From the sequence record MW021758.1: a stretch of 64,000 bases of DNA; one strand, given 5' to 3'. A program made the translations under genes and the position numbers. The notes beneath the pieces were generated by a model. The model worked only from the letters and a program-made list of their open reading frames with translations. It made no database searches and was not told where the DNA came from. The stretch's first letter is position 1, and each line of letters opens with the position of its first letter. Shown here piece after piece: positions 28,005 through 36,764 of this stretch.

Positions 28005-29075
28005 TTAACTAAAAGCACCCATTGGGTACATTGTGCGTGCAATCGAATTGATATCTTGAGATGGGTAGCGATCAGCAATTTTAATCTGGTACGCGTACTC
28101 AGGTCTTGAAATCAATACCGCCTTTGCTTTCGTCGATGCATCACGGAAGACCGAGATGTTACGATTCAGGTAAGGTGCTCCGACTGCTTTGTTCCAATCT
28201 GGATTGAGGAAGTTGAGCGTATCAATGAGAACGTCAGCCTCAGCCTTATACTCGTTAGGCGTTGTGCCTACCGGATAAGTATAGTTGGTCAGAATATCCC
28301 GAATGATGTTAGGGTGCCTTACCATGACGTAATTGGCGCCCAGGTTATGGACGATGGAATTGATCGTCCGAATGTCGCCTGTCAACAGAGCTTCTTCAAG
28401 CCCGTTAGACAATGACCGCATCAGGATAGGGTTACCTGGATCTGATTGGTAAACGCCATCGATGATGTTGGTCAATCCCAGAGAAGATGAGTTCTCAAGG
28501 ATACTTCCTTTCAGAGAATCATTGGCAAACTTATCCACGATATTTTCGTAGGTTTGTTTACCATCGTACAGCAAACGGTTAACTGAGTTGATGAAGTCAT
28601 TAACGACGTTACCGTAAGTACCGGCAGTGACGTCATACTTCACGCCATTGATAGTACTGAACGTATCGTTTACTGACTGGTTGATTTCGTTTAGTGTACT
28701 GGTAGCTGTAGAGATAACATTATCGCTAATCCCACGGATGCTATTGATGTTAGTACCAATCTCATCCGACAGCTGTTTAGTTAACGCCGTCGCGTCATCC
28801 TTGATTCCTTTAGCCGAAGTCAAGGCATCATTCAACGACCCCAGGTCAAAGATCTTCGTGTTCAACAACCAGTCTTTGGTTGCGCCCAGTCGATCCAAGA
28901 TACCATTGCGCATGTTACTGAGAACTTGCTCTTGGGTTTTACCGTAGCCGTCGACGGCCACCATACTGTCGTTTACTGATGTGGAAAAGATGGAGGAGGA
29001 TGTCTGGACTGTATCCCTGACTTCACCCGCACTATCCTTTACCGTATTTTTGAAAGCGTCTATGCTAAGGGCCAT
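28005..29075 (-). CDS. Virion structural protein (356 aa)
   Basis: Long ORF with an S/T/N/D-rich helical N-terminus; the function is inferred from context only. Confidence 0.55.
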   Translation of the reverse strand: MALSIDAFKNTVKDSAGEVRDTVQTSSSIFSTSVNDSMVAVDGYGKTQEQVLSNMRNGILDRLGATKDWLLNTKIFDLGSLNDALTSAKGIKDDATALTKQLSDEIGTNINSIRGISDNVISTATSTLNEINQSVNDTFSTINGVKYDVTAGTYGNVVNDFINSVNRLLYDGKQTYENIVDKFANDSLKGSILENSSSLGLTNIIDGVYQSDPGNPILMRSLSNGLEEALLTGDIRTINSIVHNLGANYVMVRHPNIIRDILTNYTYPVGTTPNEYKAEADVLIDTLNFLNPDWNKAVGAPYLNRNISVFRDASTKAKAVLISRPEYAYQIKIADRYPSQDINSIARTMYPMGAFS

Positions 29076-29078
29076 TAT

Positions 29079-29333
29079 TTACTCCCTTGATAATAACCGA
29101 GTGATGAAACCTCGGAACCCTGTTGCCTTTTGTCGTTGCGCTAATGCGTGACTGAACGTATCAGCGATTGCCTTAATCTTCTCTTCTCGACTGGCTAGAG
29201 TAGACATGATTTGTTTAACGATTCTTTCCATGAATTCTGCAGTGTCGGCTTTCGTAGGGTTAGTTTCCATGAAAGAATCCACTTGCGCGTAAACATCATC
29301 CATTAAGGCTTTGGTATTGAAAGCTTTAGCCAT
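29079..29333 (-). CDS. Hypothetical protein (84 aa)
   Basis: GAGGA RBS; tiles with neighbours. Confidence 0.65.
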   Translation of the reverse strand: MAKAFNTKALMDDVYAQVDSFMETNPTKADTAEFMERIVKQIMSTLASREEKIKAIADTFSHALAQRQKATGFRGFITRLLSRE

Positions 29334-29393
29334 CGGAATAGTCCTCGTTGTAAGTGCATAGGAAACGAGTTCAATCCAATAAAGGACAGAATA

Positions 29394-29415
29394 AAGAGAG
29401 GCTTTCGCCCCTCTT
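29394..29415 (-). terminator. Stem-loop terminator
   Basis: aagagaggc-tttc-gcccctctt with an A-rich flank on the plus strand. Confidence 0.55.
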
Positions 29416-29422
29416 GTATTTC

Positions 29423-30181
29423 TCAGTCGTCCTGCTCGTCACCACCTGCGATGTACAGATGATTACCTTCCATTCTTACTTCGTGGTGAGTAATCTGTTC
29501 GCCGGGGAATTCGAGTTCCAACGTGAAGTAAATCTGAGCCGGGTTAATGACCTTCAAACCCTTGGTAAAGATTTTAGAGGACATGTCTGGGTTGTTTAGC
29601 CCGCGATTGACATTCGACCTCTCACTACTACGCAACTTGTTTTTATCATCGAAATCATTACCGGGGTCTTCCAGATAGGATTTCATGGCGCGATTCCAAT
29701 CTTCCTCAGTCGGCGTTACCGTCTTACGGATATCAAGGAACAACTGATGAAGTACGTTTAAACGCGTTGGGTATTTTTCATTGTGGTAATGCTGGTACAG
29801 GTCTTCTGGATCCATCTCAACTTTATGGGAGGTCTTAGACCCGTCCAAATGAACTAAGAGGATAGTGAACTTCAAGTGCTTTGGATTCAACACTCTCAAT
29901 CCCTTGATGAAAACCTTGATGGACATCTCAGGGTGAGTCAAACCACGATTAAGGTTAGACCGTTCGGATGAACGACCACGAGATGTTTGTGTCACCTCAT
30001 TACGGGGATCTTTAAGATACCGGTTCATGAGGTTAGACCACATAGCTGAGTTAATCGCGAGATCACCTTTGACCTTCCTGAACATCAACGCCAGCAGATT
30101 CATTGGTCCGCTGTATTCATGGTCAGAGATCCGGTGAGTTTCTTCAGCCGTGCGAAACCGGAGGGGCAGTCCAGGACGCAT
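29423..30181 (-). CDS. Hypothetical protein with two tandem homologous domains (252 aa)
   Basis: YLKDPRN...RSSERSNLNRGLTHPEMSIKVFIKGLRVLNP and YLEDPGN...RSSERSNVNRGLNNPDMSSKIFTKGLKVINP. Confidence 0.75.
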   Translation of the reverse strand: MRPGLPLRFRTAEETHRISDHEYSGPMNLLALMFRKVKGDLAINSAMWSNLMNRYLKDPRNEVTQTSRGRSSERSNLNRGLTHPEMSIKVFIKGLRVLNPKHLKFTILLVHLDGSKTSHKVEMDPEDLYQHYHNEKYPTRLNVLHQLFLDIRKTVTPTEEDWNRAMKSYLEDPGNDFDDKNKLRSSERSNVNRGLNNPDMSSKIFTKGLKVINPAQIYFTLELEFPGEQITHHEVRMEGNHLYIAGGDEQDD

Positions 30182-30199
30182 GTATAATACCTTTTAAAA

Positions 30200-30712
30200 T
30201 TAACCGTATTTACGTAAGTGCAGTTCAGCCAACGTTAAACAATCGCAATGAATTGTGTATAATAAATCAAGATACACGCGATAGCGAACTTTATTGACTC
30301 GGTCTTTTACCTCATCTAAATATTCTACGTTGACCTGCACCATCGTTGTTATCGCCTTAATAAAAGCATAATAATCAAGACGGTTCTTTTCACTATCCAC
30401 AAGCCATGTTCTGAGCTCAAACTTGTTGAACTTACTCAGTCGACTGAAGTGCTCGAACTCTTCTGCATTGAGAATTGCGTCGTTAGCAACAGCCAACTTC
30501 TCCAGCAAGAACTCAGGTTCATGGTGCATCTGGATAAGGGTGCCATAAATGCTTAACCCGTTTTGTGACTCATCGAGTGTAGCGGATACAGCTTCAAATA
30601 CAACACGGATAGTTTCTGGTTCAAATTCAATTTCTCCTTCTGGGGAGCTCAGCAGTGACAAGGCCTTCTTCACCTTACGTTTACGCATGAACTCGTTGAT
30701 GAACGAAAACAT
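30200..30712 (-). CDS. Hypothetical protein (170 aa)
   Basis: GAGG RBS; downstream of the early-promoter-like motif at 30754-30769. Confidence 0.7.
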   Translation of the reverse strand: MFSFINEFMRKRKVKKALSLLSSPEGEIEFEPETIRVVFEAVSATLDESQNGLSIYGTLIQMHHEPEFLLEKLAVANDAILNAEEFEHFSRLSKFNKFELRTWLVDSEKNRLDYYAFIKAITTMVQVNVEYLDEVKDRVNKVRYRVYLDLLYTIHCDCLTLAELHLRKYG

Positions 30713-30753
30713 AACAGTTTCCTCGCTTTAGATTTAATATGCCTATCATTAAT

Positions 30754-30769
30754 GTAATATATGTTTAAA
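30754..30769 (-). promoter_or_regulatory. Putative early promoter, copy 3
   Basis: Minus strand TTTAAACATATATTAC with an exact TATATTAC core. Confidence 0.6.
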
Positions 30770-30774
30770 TAAAA

Positions 30775-31299
30775 ATGGAGCTGACTATGTCTGGATATGA
30801 AAAGGTTGAAACCTTCGAAGAGGTGAAGGAAGGGGAATTCCAATCTTCTCGTGTCGCTGAGGGTTTCCCTGGTAACGACGATGATCGTTTAGAGTTTACG
30901 CAGAGTATCCGCATGATGGCGGTAAATCAGTTGGTGACGGATGGTAAAGTCCCTACGGATAAAGACTCTATCAACAGCCTCAGTAAACTGCTCGACGGTA
31001 TCGATAAACAGGTCATCGGCAAGAAACGTATTCAGGTGGCTGACAAGGCCAACGAGAACGACGAGCGTATTGCTCACTTGCTGGAAGAGATGTCTACTCG
31101 CGTTGTACGTGGTGAAACTCCAATCGAGTCGATGTATGCAGGTAAGCCTACTCGAGACGATAAAGTCTTCTCCCTGAACATGGCGGCTGAGTTTGACGAC
31201 ATTGATGACTCTGAACTGGTCATCGATAAGAAAGAGGAAAGTTCCTCCGAGTTCTTTGAACGTATGGAAAACGCTCACGAAGACCTGCGTAAAGGCTAA
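30775..31299 (+). CDS. Acidic hypothetical protein (174 aa)
   Basis: Codon-biased ORF ending at a convergent terminator; the start may be the second Met (30787) after GGAG. Confidence 0.7.
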   Translation: MELTMSGYEKVETFEEVKEGEFQSSRVAEGFPGNDDDRLEFTQSIRMMAVNQLVTDGKVPTDKDSINSLSKLLDGIDKQVIGKKRIQVADKANENDERIAHLLEEMSTRVVRGETPIESMYAGKPTRDDKVFSLNMAAEFDDIDDSELVIDKKEESSSEFFERMENAHEDLRKG

Positions 31300-31303
31300 C
31301 AAG

Positions 31304-31327
31304 GGTGGAGGGTAACTTCCCTCCACC
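31304..31327. terminator. Stem-loop between convergent genes
   Basis: ggtggaggg-taactt-ccctccacc. Confidence 0.6.
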
Positions 31328-31334
31328 TATGACG

Positions 31335-32036
31335 TTAAAACGGCGTGTTGAAGTACTCAGTGCTAATATAGCGCACTGACATGGACGGGCTAACATATTG
31401 CTCAGCCAATCGGTGAACGTCATCAATAACACCCTTAAACAAAGCGAAGTCTTCTACGTCCGGCTTACACTGGAACAGCTGAGGTCCAATCAACTCCAGT
31501 TTCAACATGTTGCAATCTTCTTCCGTTTGCAAATGAAGATCAATCCAATTGATCATGTCGTAGTTGATGAAGTGGGTGAAGCTCTCAGTTACAAACTTGG
31601 GCGTAAGTAACTTTGGGGCTCTTCTAATAAATCCGACAGGGATATTTGGCGGAACTAAGTGAGAGAACATCTTAACGAAGTCTGCTTTCACTTTCGACGT
31701 CATGGAATAAGGCCACTCGTTAATTACAATCTCCATATTGGATTTTGAAATCTCGTTCCTTGGCCCTTTATCTGCATCCAGTGCAACTTCCAGTATAACG
31801 TTAACTAACTTAGAACGGATTGAACGTTTAAGCGTTTCGTTATCGCGATTAGCGTAAGCTGCTCGCCACTGGTCTTCAGTAATCCCCAGACCTTCCCAAA
31901 TTACCCAGTCACCACGCCGGCGTCCATATCCGTTTTTAATCAGGTTAATACCCTTCTTCTGATTCAACCGCAATGCCGTTGAAAGTCGAGTATCAAAGAG
32001 ATCGTCCATACTGAGTAGTATCTTAACGCGATCCAT
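31335..32036 (-). CDS. Conserved hypothetical protein, possible HAD-like N-terminus (233 aa)
   Basis: ILLSMDDLFDTRL start motif; coupled to the upstream gene. Confidence 0.6.
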   Translation of the reverse strand: MDRVKILLSMDDLFDTRLSTALRLNQKKGINLIKNGYGRRRGDWVIWEGLGITEDQWRAAYANRDNETLKRSIRSKLVNVILEVALDADKGPRNEISKSNMEIVINEWPYSMTSKVKADFVKMFSHLVPPNIPVGFIRRAPKLLTPKFVTESFTHFINYDMINWIDLHLQTEEDCNMLKLELIGPQLFQCKPDVEDFALFKGVIDDVHRLAEQYVSPSMSVRYISTEYFNTPF

Positions 32037-32515
32037 TAGATCTCCTTCCAGATCTCCACTAGCCCCAGAGTTAACAGAGGAATGATCCAGATGTTATCTC
32101 TGAAAAGGTTAGAGACGTCTTCGTAGGTTGTCTGCCAGATCGTATCGTCTGTCGGCAGTACCGATAGATTAGGGCGGCTAGCCATTGAACCCGTGCGTCC
32201 CCAGCTGCCATTTGAAATACTGGCGGCATACGAGTCTGCGATAGCGAAGAGTTCGTCTTTGGTAAAGATAGCCAGTGCAGCGTACCGCATACCCATCACG
32301 TATTCTGTCAGCTCTTCGTAAGCAAACATTTCCTTGGCTACTGCCGTTAGGCTTTCTTTGGTAGTCAGGGTGTGAATATGGGACATGGCAGAGAACCGGC
32401 TAGCGAAAGCTGCGATGCGATTCAACGTCTGCTCGTCACTACCATAACGACTCATGTATCGCTCATGATAGTCGTTTACCTGGCCGGCAAGCAACTCTAA
32501 ATGTTCTTTGATCAT
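32036..32515 (-). CDS. Hypothetical, probably virion, protein (159 aa)
   Basis: ATGA overlap with RNAP beta C-terminal gene. Confidence 0.6.
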   Translation of the reverse strand: MIKEHLELLAGQVNDYHERYMSRYGSDEQTLNRIAAFASRFSAMSHIHTLTTKESLTAVAKEMFAYEELTEYVMGMRYAALAIFTKDELFAIADSYAASISNGSWGRTGSMASRPNLSVLPTDDTIWQTTYEDVSNLFRDNIWIIPLLTLGLVEIWKEI

Positions 32516-33189
32516 AAACCTTTGTCCAGCGTGTTATCCAGGTGAGCAACACGAAGAATGGTAGCAAAGTTACGAGTAGCTGTTACACCACTACCATACT
32601 CTTTCGCTACTTCTACACTACCCTCACCAGTGAGAGCGATGTCTTCTTCGAACTTAAGGTTAGCGGCTTCGTCACCGCCACGAACAGAGATCGTTTCCAG
32701 AATGACTTTAAGGAAGCCACGGCCACGCAGGTTGTTAGTTTCCACGAAGGACAGCTTAGAACCTTTGGACGGCCCTGTTACCTGACCAGTCAAATCGTCT
32801 ACATGAGTAGTATCGTCTGGGATAGATTGTTTATCCTCGATCATCTGCTGGAGACGAACAACACCTTCACGAACGATCATGTACCGAAGCGGAGTAACGA
32901 ACTCACGGTTAGTCTCCGGGTCAGTCATAATCAGGTGATGGAAGAACTCCACGCCCCATTTATCACCGATCGCTTTGAAGTGAGCGTTGTTCAGCGTGAT
33001 CCCTGAGATGTTAGGAATCGTTGCAGAAATAACAGGGCGACCGGCTGCGATCTGTCCCATCAATTCTTCAAACTGCTGGTCGCTCAACTTTTCCAGGTCG
33101 GCTTTGAGCATGGTGTCGTTGCCGGATTTTGGAAAGAGTTCTGCCATTAGCTTTACGCCAAGTGCTGTTGCCTTTTCTCTGTTTTTCAT
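32512..33189 (-). CDS. rpoB: Virion RNAP beta C-terminal subunit (phiKZ gp149-like) (225 aa from MKNREK)
   Basis: VRLQQMIEDKQS...DDLTGQVTGPSKGSKLSFVETNNL...LETISVRGGD matches RpoB KLNHLVDDKMH...[26 protein letters not shown]...EMLTVKSDD. Confidence 0.85.
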   Translation of the reverse strand: MKNREKATALGVKLMAELFPKSGNDTMLKADLEKLSDQQFEELMGQIAAGRPVISATIPNISGITLNNAHFKAIGDKWGVEFFHHLIMTDPETNREFVTPLRYMIVREGVVRLQQMIEDKQSIPDDTTHVDDLTGQVTGPSKGSKLSFVETNNLRGRGFLKVILETISVRGGDEAANLKFEEDIALTGEGSVEVAKEYGSGVTATRNFATILRVAHLDNTLDKGL

Positions 33190-33562
33190 TTTTAGGAATC
33201 TCGATAGTGAATGCGCGATGTGCGACGTCATAACGATGTGCGTTCTGTACAACGTGAGCAGTTCCTTTACTCTTGCCATCCCAGAAGGTTGCACAATGCG
33301 TGGCGATCTCTAACATCTCTGCATTACGAATGTATCCCGCACTCGGACCGAGGTTGTCCCAATCTGCGGTAAAAGTTAAACACTTATAACCACGACGCAA
33401 AGCATAGAGGAAAGCTAAGTAATCAGTTCCCTTAGCGCCCCCTTCGATGATAATAACTTCATCTTTAGGGAAGCGCTTCAGGAGCTTATCCATCAACTTA
33501 GCGAATTGATAGTATCGGATGTATCCCCTACAACCCGATACCATGATTTTATATTTGGCCAC
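33068..33562 (-). CDS. SLOG superfamily (YspA/DUF2493-like) protein (164 aa)
   Basis: IMVSGCR, IIIEGGAKGTD, ADWDNLGPSAGYIRNAEM and FWDGKSKGT motifs. Confidence 0.8.
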   Translation of the reverse strand: MAKYKIMVSGCRGYIRYYQFAKLMDKLLKRFPKDEVIIIEGGAKGTDYLAFLYALRRGYKCLTFTADWDNLGPSAGYIRNAEMLEIATHCATFWDGKSKGTAHVVQNAHRYDVAHRAFTIEIPKNEKQRKGNSTWRKANGRTLSKIRQRHHAQSRPGKVERPAV

Positions 33563-33577
33563 ATCGATGACCCTCAG

Positions 33578-33859
33578 TTACCAGTATCGTAAGATATAGG
33601 TAAGCACTTTGGAGTTGAAGCTATCCAACCAGACGTCAATACCGCGATCAACGGGAAGGGTTTCGCAATATCGCGATGCTTCAGGGGAATCGTTCTTGAG
33701 TACCCCTGACCAGAACTCGTTGATCTCTAGCATTTCCGCTTTGTTACTTGACCGTACTCTTTCACGATGTTCGAACGAGCTTTCAAAGCGGTTCGCAATC
33801 CGATTAGAATACTGCGCAAGTAACATGGCCATGTGGAAGCGTGCTTCTTGACGTACCAT
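33578..33859 (-). CDS. Hypothetical protein (93 aa)
   Basis: AGGAG RBS; tiles between the RecA-like and SLOG genes. Confidence 0.65.
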   Translation of the reverse strand: MVRQEARFHMAMLLAQYSNRIANRFESSFEHRERVRSSNKAEMLEINEFWSGVLKNDSPEASRYCETLPVDRGIDVWLDSFNSKVLTYILRYW

Positions 33860-33874
33860 GTTACTAGCTCTCCT

Positions 33875-35299
33875 TTATTTTTTCTTCATCCAATACGGCT
33901 TGTAAGTACCGGCAGCGATATTGATCAGGTCAAGTGCGGACAGGTAATGCTTCTCTTCCTTGATCTCTTCAAACTGCCAATAACCGCGAGTAGTTTCCAG
34001 CAGTTCGTTGATGTCGTATCCCTGCTCCTTCACCTTCGCAATGATATCAGTAGGCGGCACAGTAACGTGCGGACCGAGATACCACATGAAGTTACTGATC
34101 TGGCACATACCAGCGGTCAGCTCCAGAGCACGACGAAGTTTGTAGTCTTCATCGATTTTATCGCGTACGGCATTACGGGTGAATTTCACTTCCGGGTAGA
34201 TCAACAACGACATGTTGGTGTTGTTAGAATCCATGCCCCAGTATTTGTTAGTATCGCGCAGATAGTGCAGCAGCGTGAGGTGCTCTTGCAGACCTTCTGT
34301 CTGAGAGAAGATCAGCTCGAAAGGCGCGCCCGATTGACCGAACTTACCGCGCAGGTTCATGCACGATACTTTCACCAGGTCTTTATCGTCCTTAGACCCA
34401 GCTTCACCGCGACCATAGATTGGAATGCGGTTAGAGTCAGTCAGAGGAGTACGTTTGTGCACCATCCACATGTTATTTGGTACGAACGTGAACTTCTCTG
34501 TGGCGTTCTTCAGACCTTTACCTGCTGCCAGGTCAGCCATGATCTTAGACGGCGGAGAGTTGGGATCCATGTTCACTTTAGAACCGATGTGTGCGGTCAT
34601 GAAAGTAAACATAGAGTGGCGGCCGTTCAAACTTGGCATCTGCATCATGATCTGAGTCTTGTATCGACCGTCGTTCATGAACATCATGTTGTTGTCTTTG
34701 TGGCCGATCTCAACGTCACCGAACTTCTGTTCGATTGCGTCAAAAGACATCATCGACCAGCTATCGATCTCTTCCAGCGTTGGCGGGAACATCGTAATAG
34801 ATGAACCGTCCACGTTAACGAAAGGAGTGGTCAACTGACTGACTTTGTTTTTCTTGTCAGTCTTAGCGTCGCCGTATTCCTTACGAATGTCCCAGTATGC
34901 GTTACCGGACATTTTCAGCATGTTAGAGAAGAAGAACTTATCGTTCTCTTCCATACCTTCGGCCTGGATCTGTGGGCAGCGAGCCGCACGGTACATCAGA
35001 CCGGATACGTCTTTAGAACCTTCAGTCTCGTAGTAGAAACTGTTGGTGGCCGCGTAGTAGTTCTCCTGCGCCTTCAACATGAAGTAATCGGACAGGGTAG
35101 ATTTGAACTGGTTGTTCTCGCCTACTACAGCATTGATATAAGAGAAGCCGCCGTTGAGGATCATCTCTCCGTGTTTACCTGGTGTATAACGACCAGAGAA
35201 GTGGTCGAACAGACACCCTACGTTTAACTTAGGTGTTGTAGCGTCTGCAGCTTTGTCCTTCCCGACTACGCCGCCGATACTCAAGCTGAAATTACTCAT
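33875..35299 (-). CDS. uvsX: RecA/UvsX-like recombinase (phiKZ gp152-like) (474 aa)
   Basis: LNVGCLFD...ILNGG...AVVGENNQFKST Walker A variant; YETEGS; EIDSWS Walker B; FMTAHIG; KNLRGK-like MNLRGKFGQSG. Confidence 0.85.
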   Translation of the reverse strand: MSNFSLSIGGVVGKDKAADATTPKLNVGCLFDHFSGRYTPGKHGEMILNGGFSYINAVVGENNQFKSTLSDYFMLKAQENYYAATNSFYYETEGSKDVSGLMYRAARCPQIQAEGMEENDKFFFSNMLKMSGNAYWDIRKEYGDAKTDKKNKVSQLTTPFVNVDGSSITMFPPTLEEIDSWSMMSFDAIEQKFGDVEIGHKDNNMMFMNDGRYKTQIMMQMPSLNGRHSMFTFMTAHIGSKVNMDPNSPPSKIMADLAAGKGLKNATEKFTFVPNNMWMVHKRTPLTDSNRIPIYGRGEAGSKDDKDLVKVSCMNLRGKFGQSGAPFELIFSQTEGLQEHLTLLHYLRDTNKYWGMDSNNTNMSLLIYPEVKFTRNAVRDKIDEDYKLRRALELTAGMCQISNFMWYLGPHVTVPPTDIIAKVKEQGYDINELLETTRGYWQFEEIKEEKHYLSALDLINIAAGTYKPYWMKKK

Positions 35300-35404
35300 T
35301 CGTTATTAATCCTGTTCGATAAAGAAACTTGTGTTCATTCTAATGGAGGGATACATTTATTTTTATGTTGAAGTCCCTTCATTTCGGATCTAAAGGTTTA
35401 TTCC

Positions 35405-36274
35405 ATGAAAAAGCATTCCCTTTCTCTTATTAAAGCTGAGCAGGCCGCTTTGGTCGAGTTGGTCAAGGTTGTCCCTATGACAGCTCCGTCTAATGAAGCA
35501 CTAGCTCTGCATCGTCCTCTGATGCCACTGATCAATAAGTTCAGTGACTTCCTTAAAAAGGTTTCGAGCAGCTTCTCCATGGATATCGAGCCGGAAGCGA
35601 CCGATGTGCTGGCGACTCGTGATCCTAACATTGCTAAACTGCAGCAGCGTTTGGCAAACGTACCGTATATCGATATCATCGACCAACGTGTACCGGTTAC
35701 CCCTGGCCTGGATGTTACCTGGCTGGAATACCTGGATGCATATCGTCATCCGGTAGAGTTCTCTATCAACATGTACGACAACTACCTGAAGCCGTTCGAG
35801 AAGTTCCTGGCTACTGCGATTACTAGCCCTGAGCAAATGAGCGCGGTTGGTAAGATCATTACGATCAAACAAGCTGACGTTCAAGGTATGCTGAAAGCTA
35901 TCGCTGAACCTGTTTCCGGTAACCAGCGTACCGTTATTCGTAAGTACGGCGATTGCGCTCAGCGTAACGCTGACACGATTGAAGCCATGAACCTGACCAA
36001 AGCCATGGGTGAAGGTCTGAGCAGCTCTAACATGGATCTGGTGAACGCATCTGTCGATAACATCGGTAAGATGCTCGATACCCTGGCTGTCCAAATCAAA
36101 GACAGTAACCTGCCGTATCGTTTCAATCCTAAATCCATCAAAGAACTGTCCGAAGTTACTTACGACGTTGCAGAGATGGTTGAGCTGTACGCAGCGGTTT
36201 ATACTCGCTTCGCTAGCCACAAACAAGCAATGGATGACACAGCTAAAAAACTACTGTCTGTCCTGCCTCGCTAA
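35405..36274 (+). CDS. Virion (head) protein with putative N-terminal propeptide (289 aa)
   Basis: APSNE-A putative cleavage site at about residue 31; TATG upstream at 35364. Confidence 0.55.
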   Translation: MKKHSLSLIKAEQAALVELVKVVPMTAPSNEALALHRPLMPLINKFSDFLKKVSSSFSMDIEPEATDVLATRDPNIAKLQQRLANVPYIDIIDQRVPVTPGLDVTWLEYLDAYRHPVEFSINMYDNYLKPFEKFLATAITSPEQMSAVGKIITIKQADVQGMLKAIAEPVSGNQRTVIRKYGDCAQRNADTIEAMNLTKAMGEGLSSSNMDLVNASVDNIGKMLDTLAVQIKDSNLPYRFNPKSIKELSEVTYDVAEMVELYAAVYTRFASHKQAMDDTAKKLLSVLPR

Positions 36275-36293
36275 GCAATAAAACAAATAAGGG

Positions 36294-36319
36294 CCCAGAG
36301 AGCTTTACGGCTCTCTGGG
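36294..36319. terminator. Bidirectional terminator
   Basis: cccagagagc-tttacg-gctctctggg flanked by A- and T-tracts. Confidence 0.7.
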
Positions 36320-36341
36320 TTACCTTTTTCTATTTTCGATA

Positions 36342-36764
36342 TCAACTAACAAAATGACGATTCGCTGAGGCGAGATCAGTGACCCGTTGAAGATCATTCT
36401 CGAAATTAAAGTTGTTCCCTTGGTGATCGTATTTCAACCACGTGGGCAGCAGCTGTGAATAATAGCGTACCAGCCTTTCAGGAGGAAGTGATTCCAAACG
36501 TTCGCGTTTTCTTTTGTCCCAAAGGATTTCGGGAAGGATCGCAGCTAACTGAAGACCGCGGCAATCGATCGCGATATTCATTTTCTCGTTCAGTTCTTCC
36601 ATGGAGGTCGTTACACTTTTCTTCTTACGAAGAATTGCGTAGAGTGATCCGAGGACCAGCATACGCCGGCCCTTATCATTCAGATACTTTCGACCTATTA
36701 AACAAAACAACAGTTTGATCATAGTTTGCCTGTAAGCTCGTAGAGATTGGAACTTAAAGAGCAA
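36342..36764 (-). CDS. Hypothetical protein (140 aa)
   Basis: Overlaps the RNase H 3' end; ends before the terminator. Confidence 0.6.
   Translation of the reverse strand: MLFKFQSLRAYRQTMIKLLFCLIGRKYLNDKGRRMLVLGSLYAILRKKKSVTTSMEELNEKMNIAIDCRGLQLAAILPEILWDKRKRERLESLPPERLVRYYSQLLPTWLKYDHQGNNFNFENDLQRVTDLASANRHFVS

Noticed and set aside
33190-33294. N-terminal extension of the RNAP beta-C ORF
   Set aside because: It overlaps the conserved SLOG core; MKNREK is the more plausible start.
33833-34804. 323-aa plus-strand ORF
   Set aside because: Antisense shadow of the codon-biased RecA-like gene; no RBS or motif. The same applies to long antisense ORFs at 9498-10163, 35501-36226, 49727-50719, 53153-53776 and 62629-63492.
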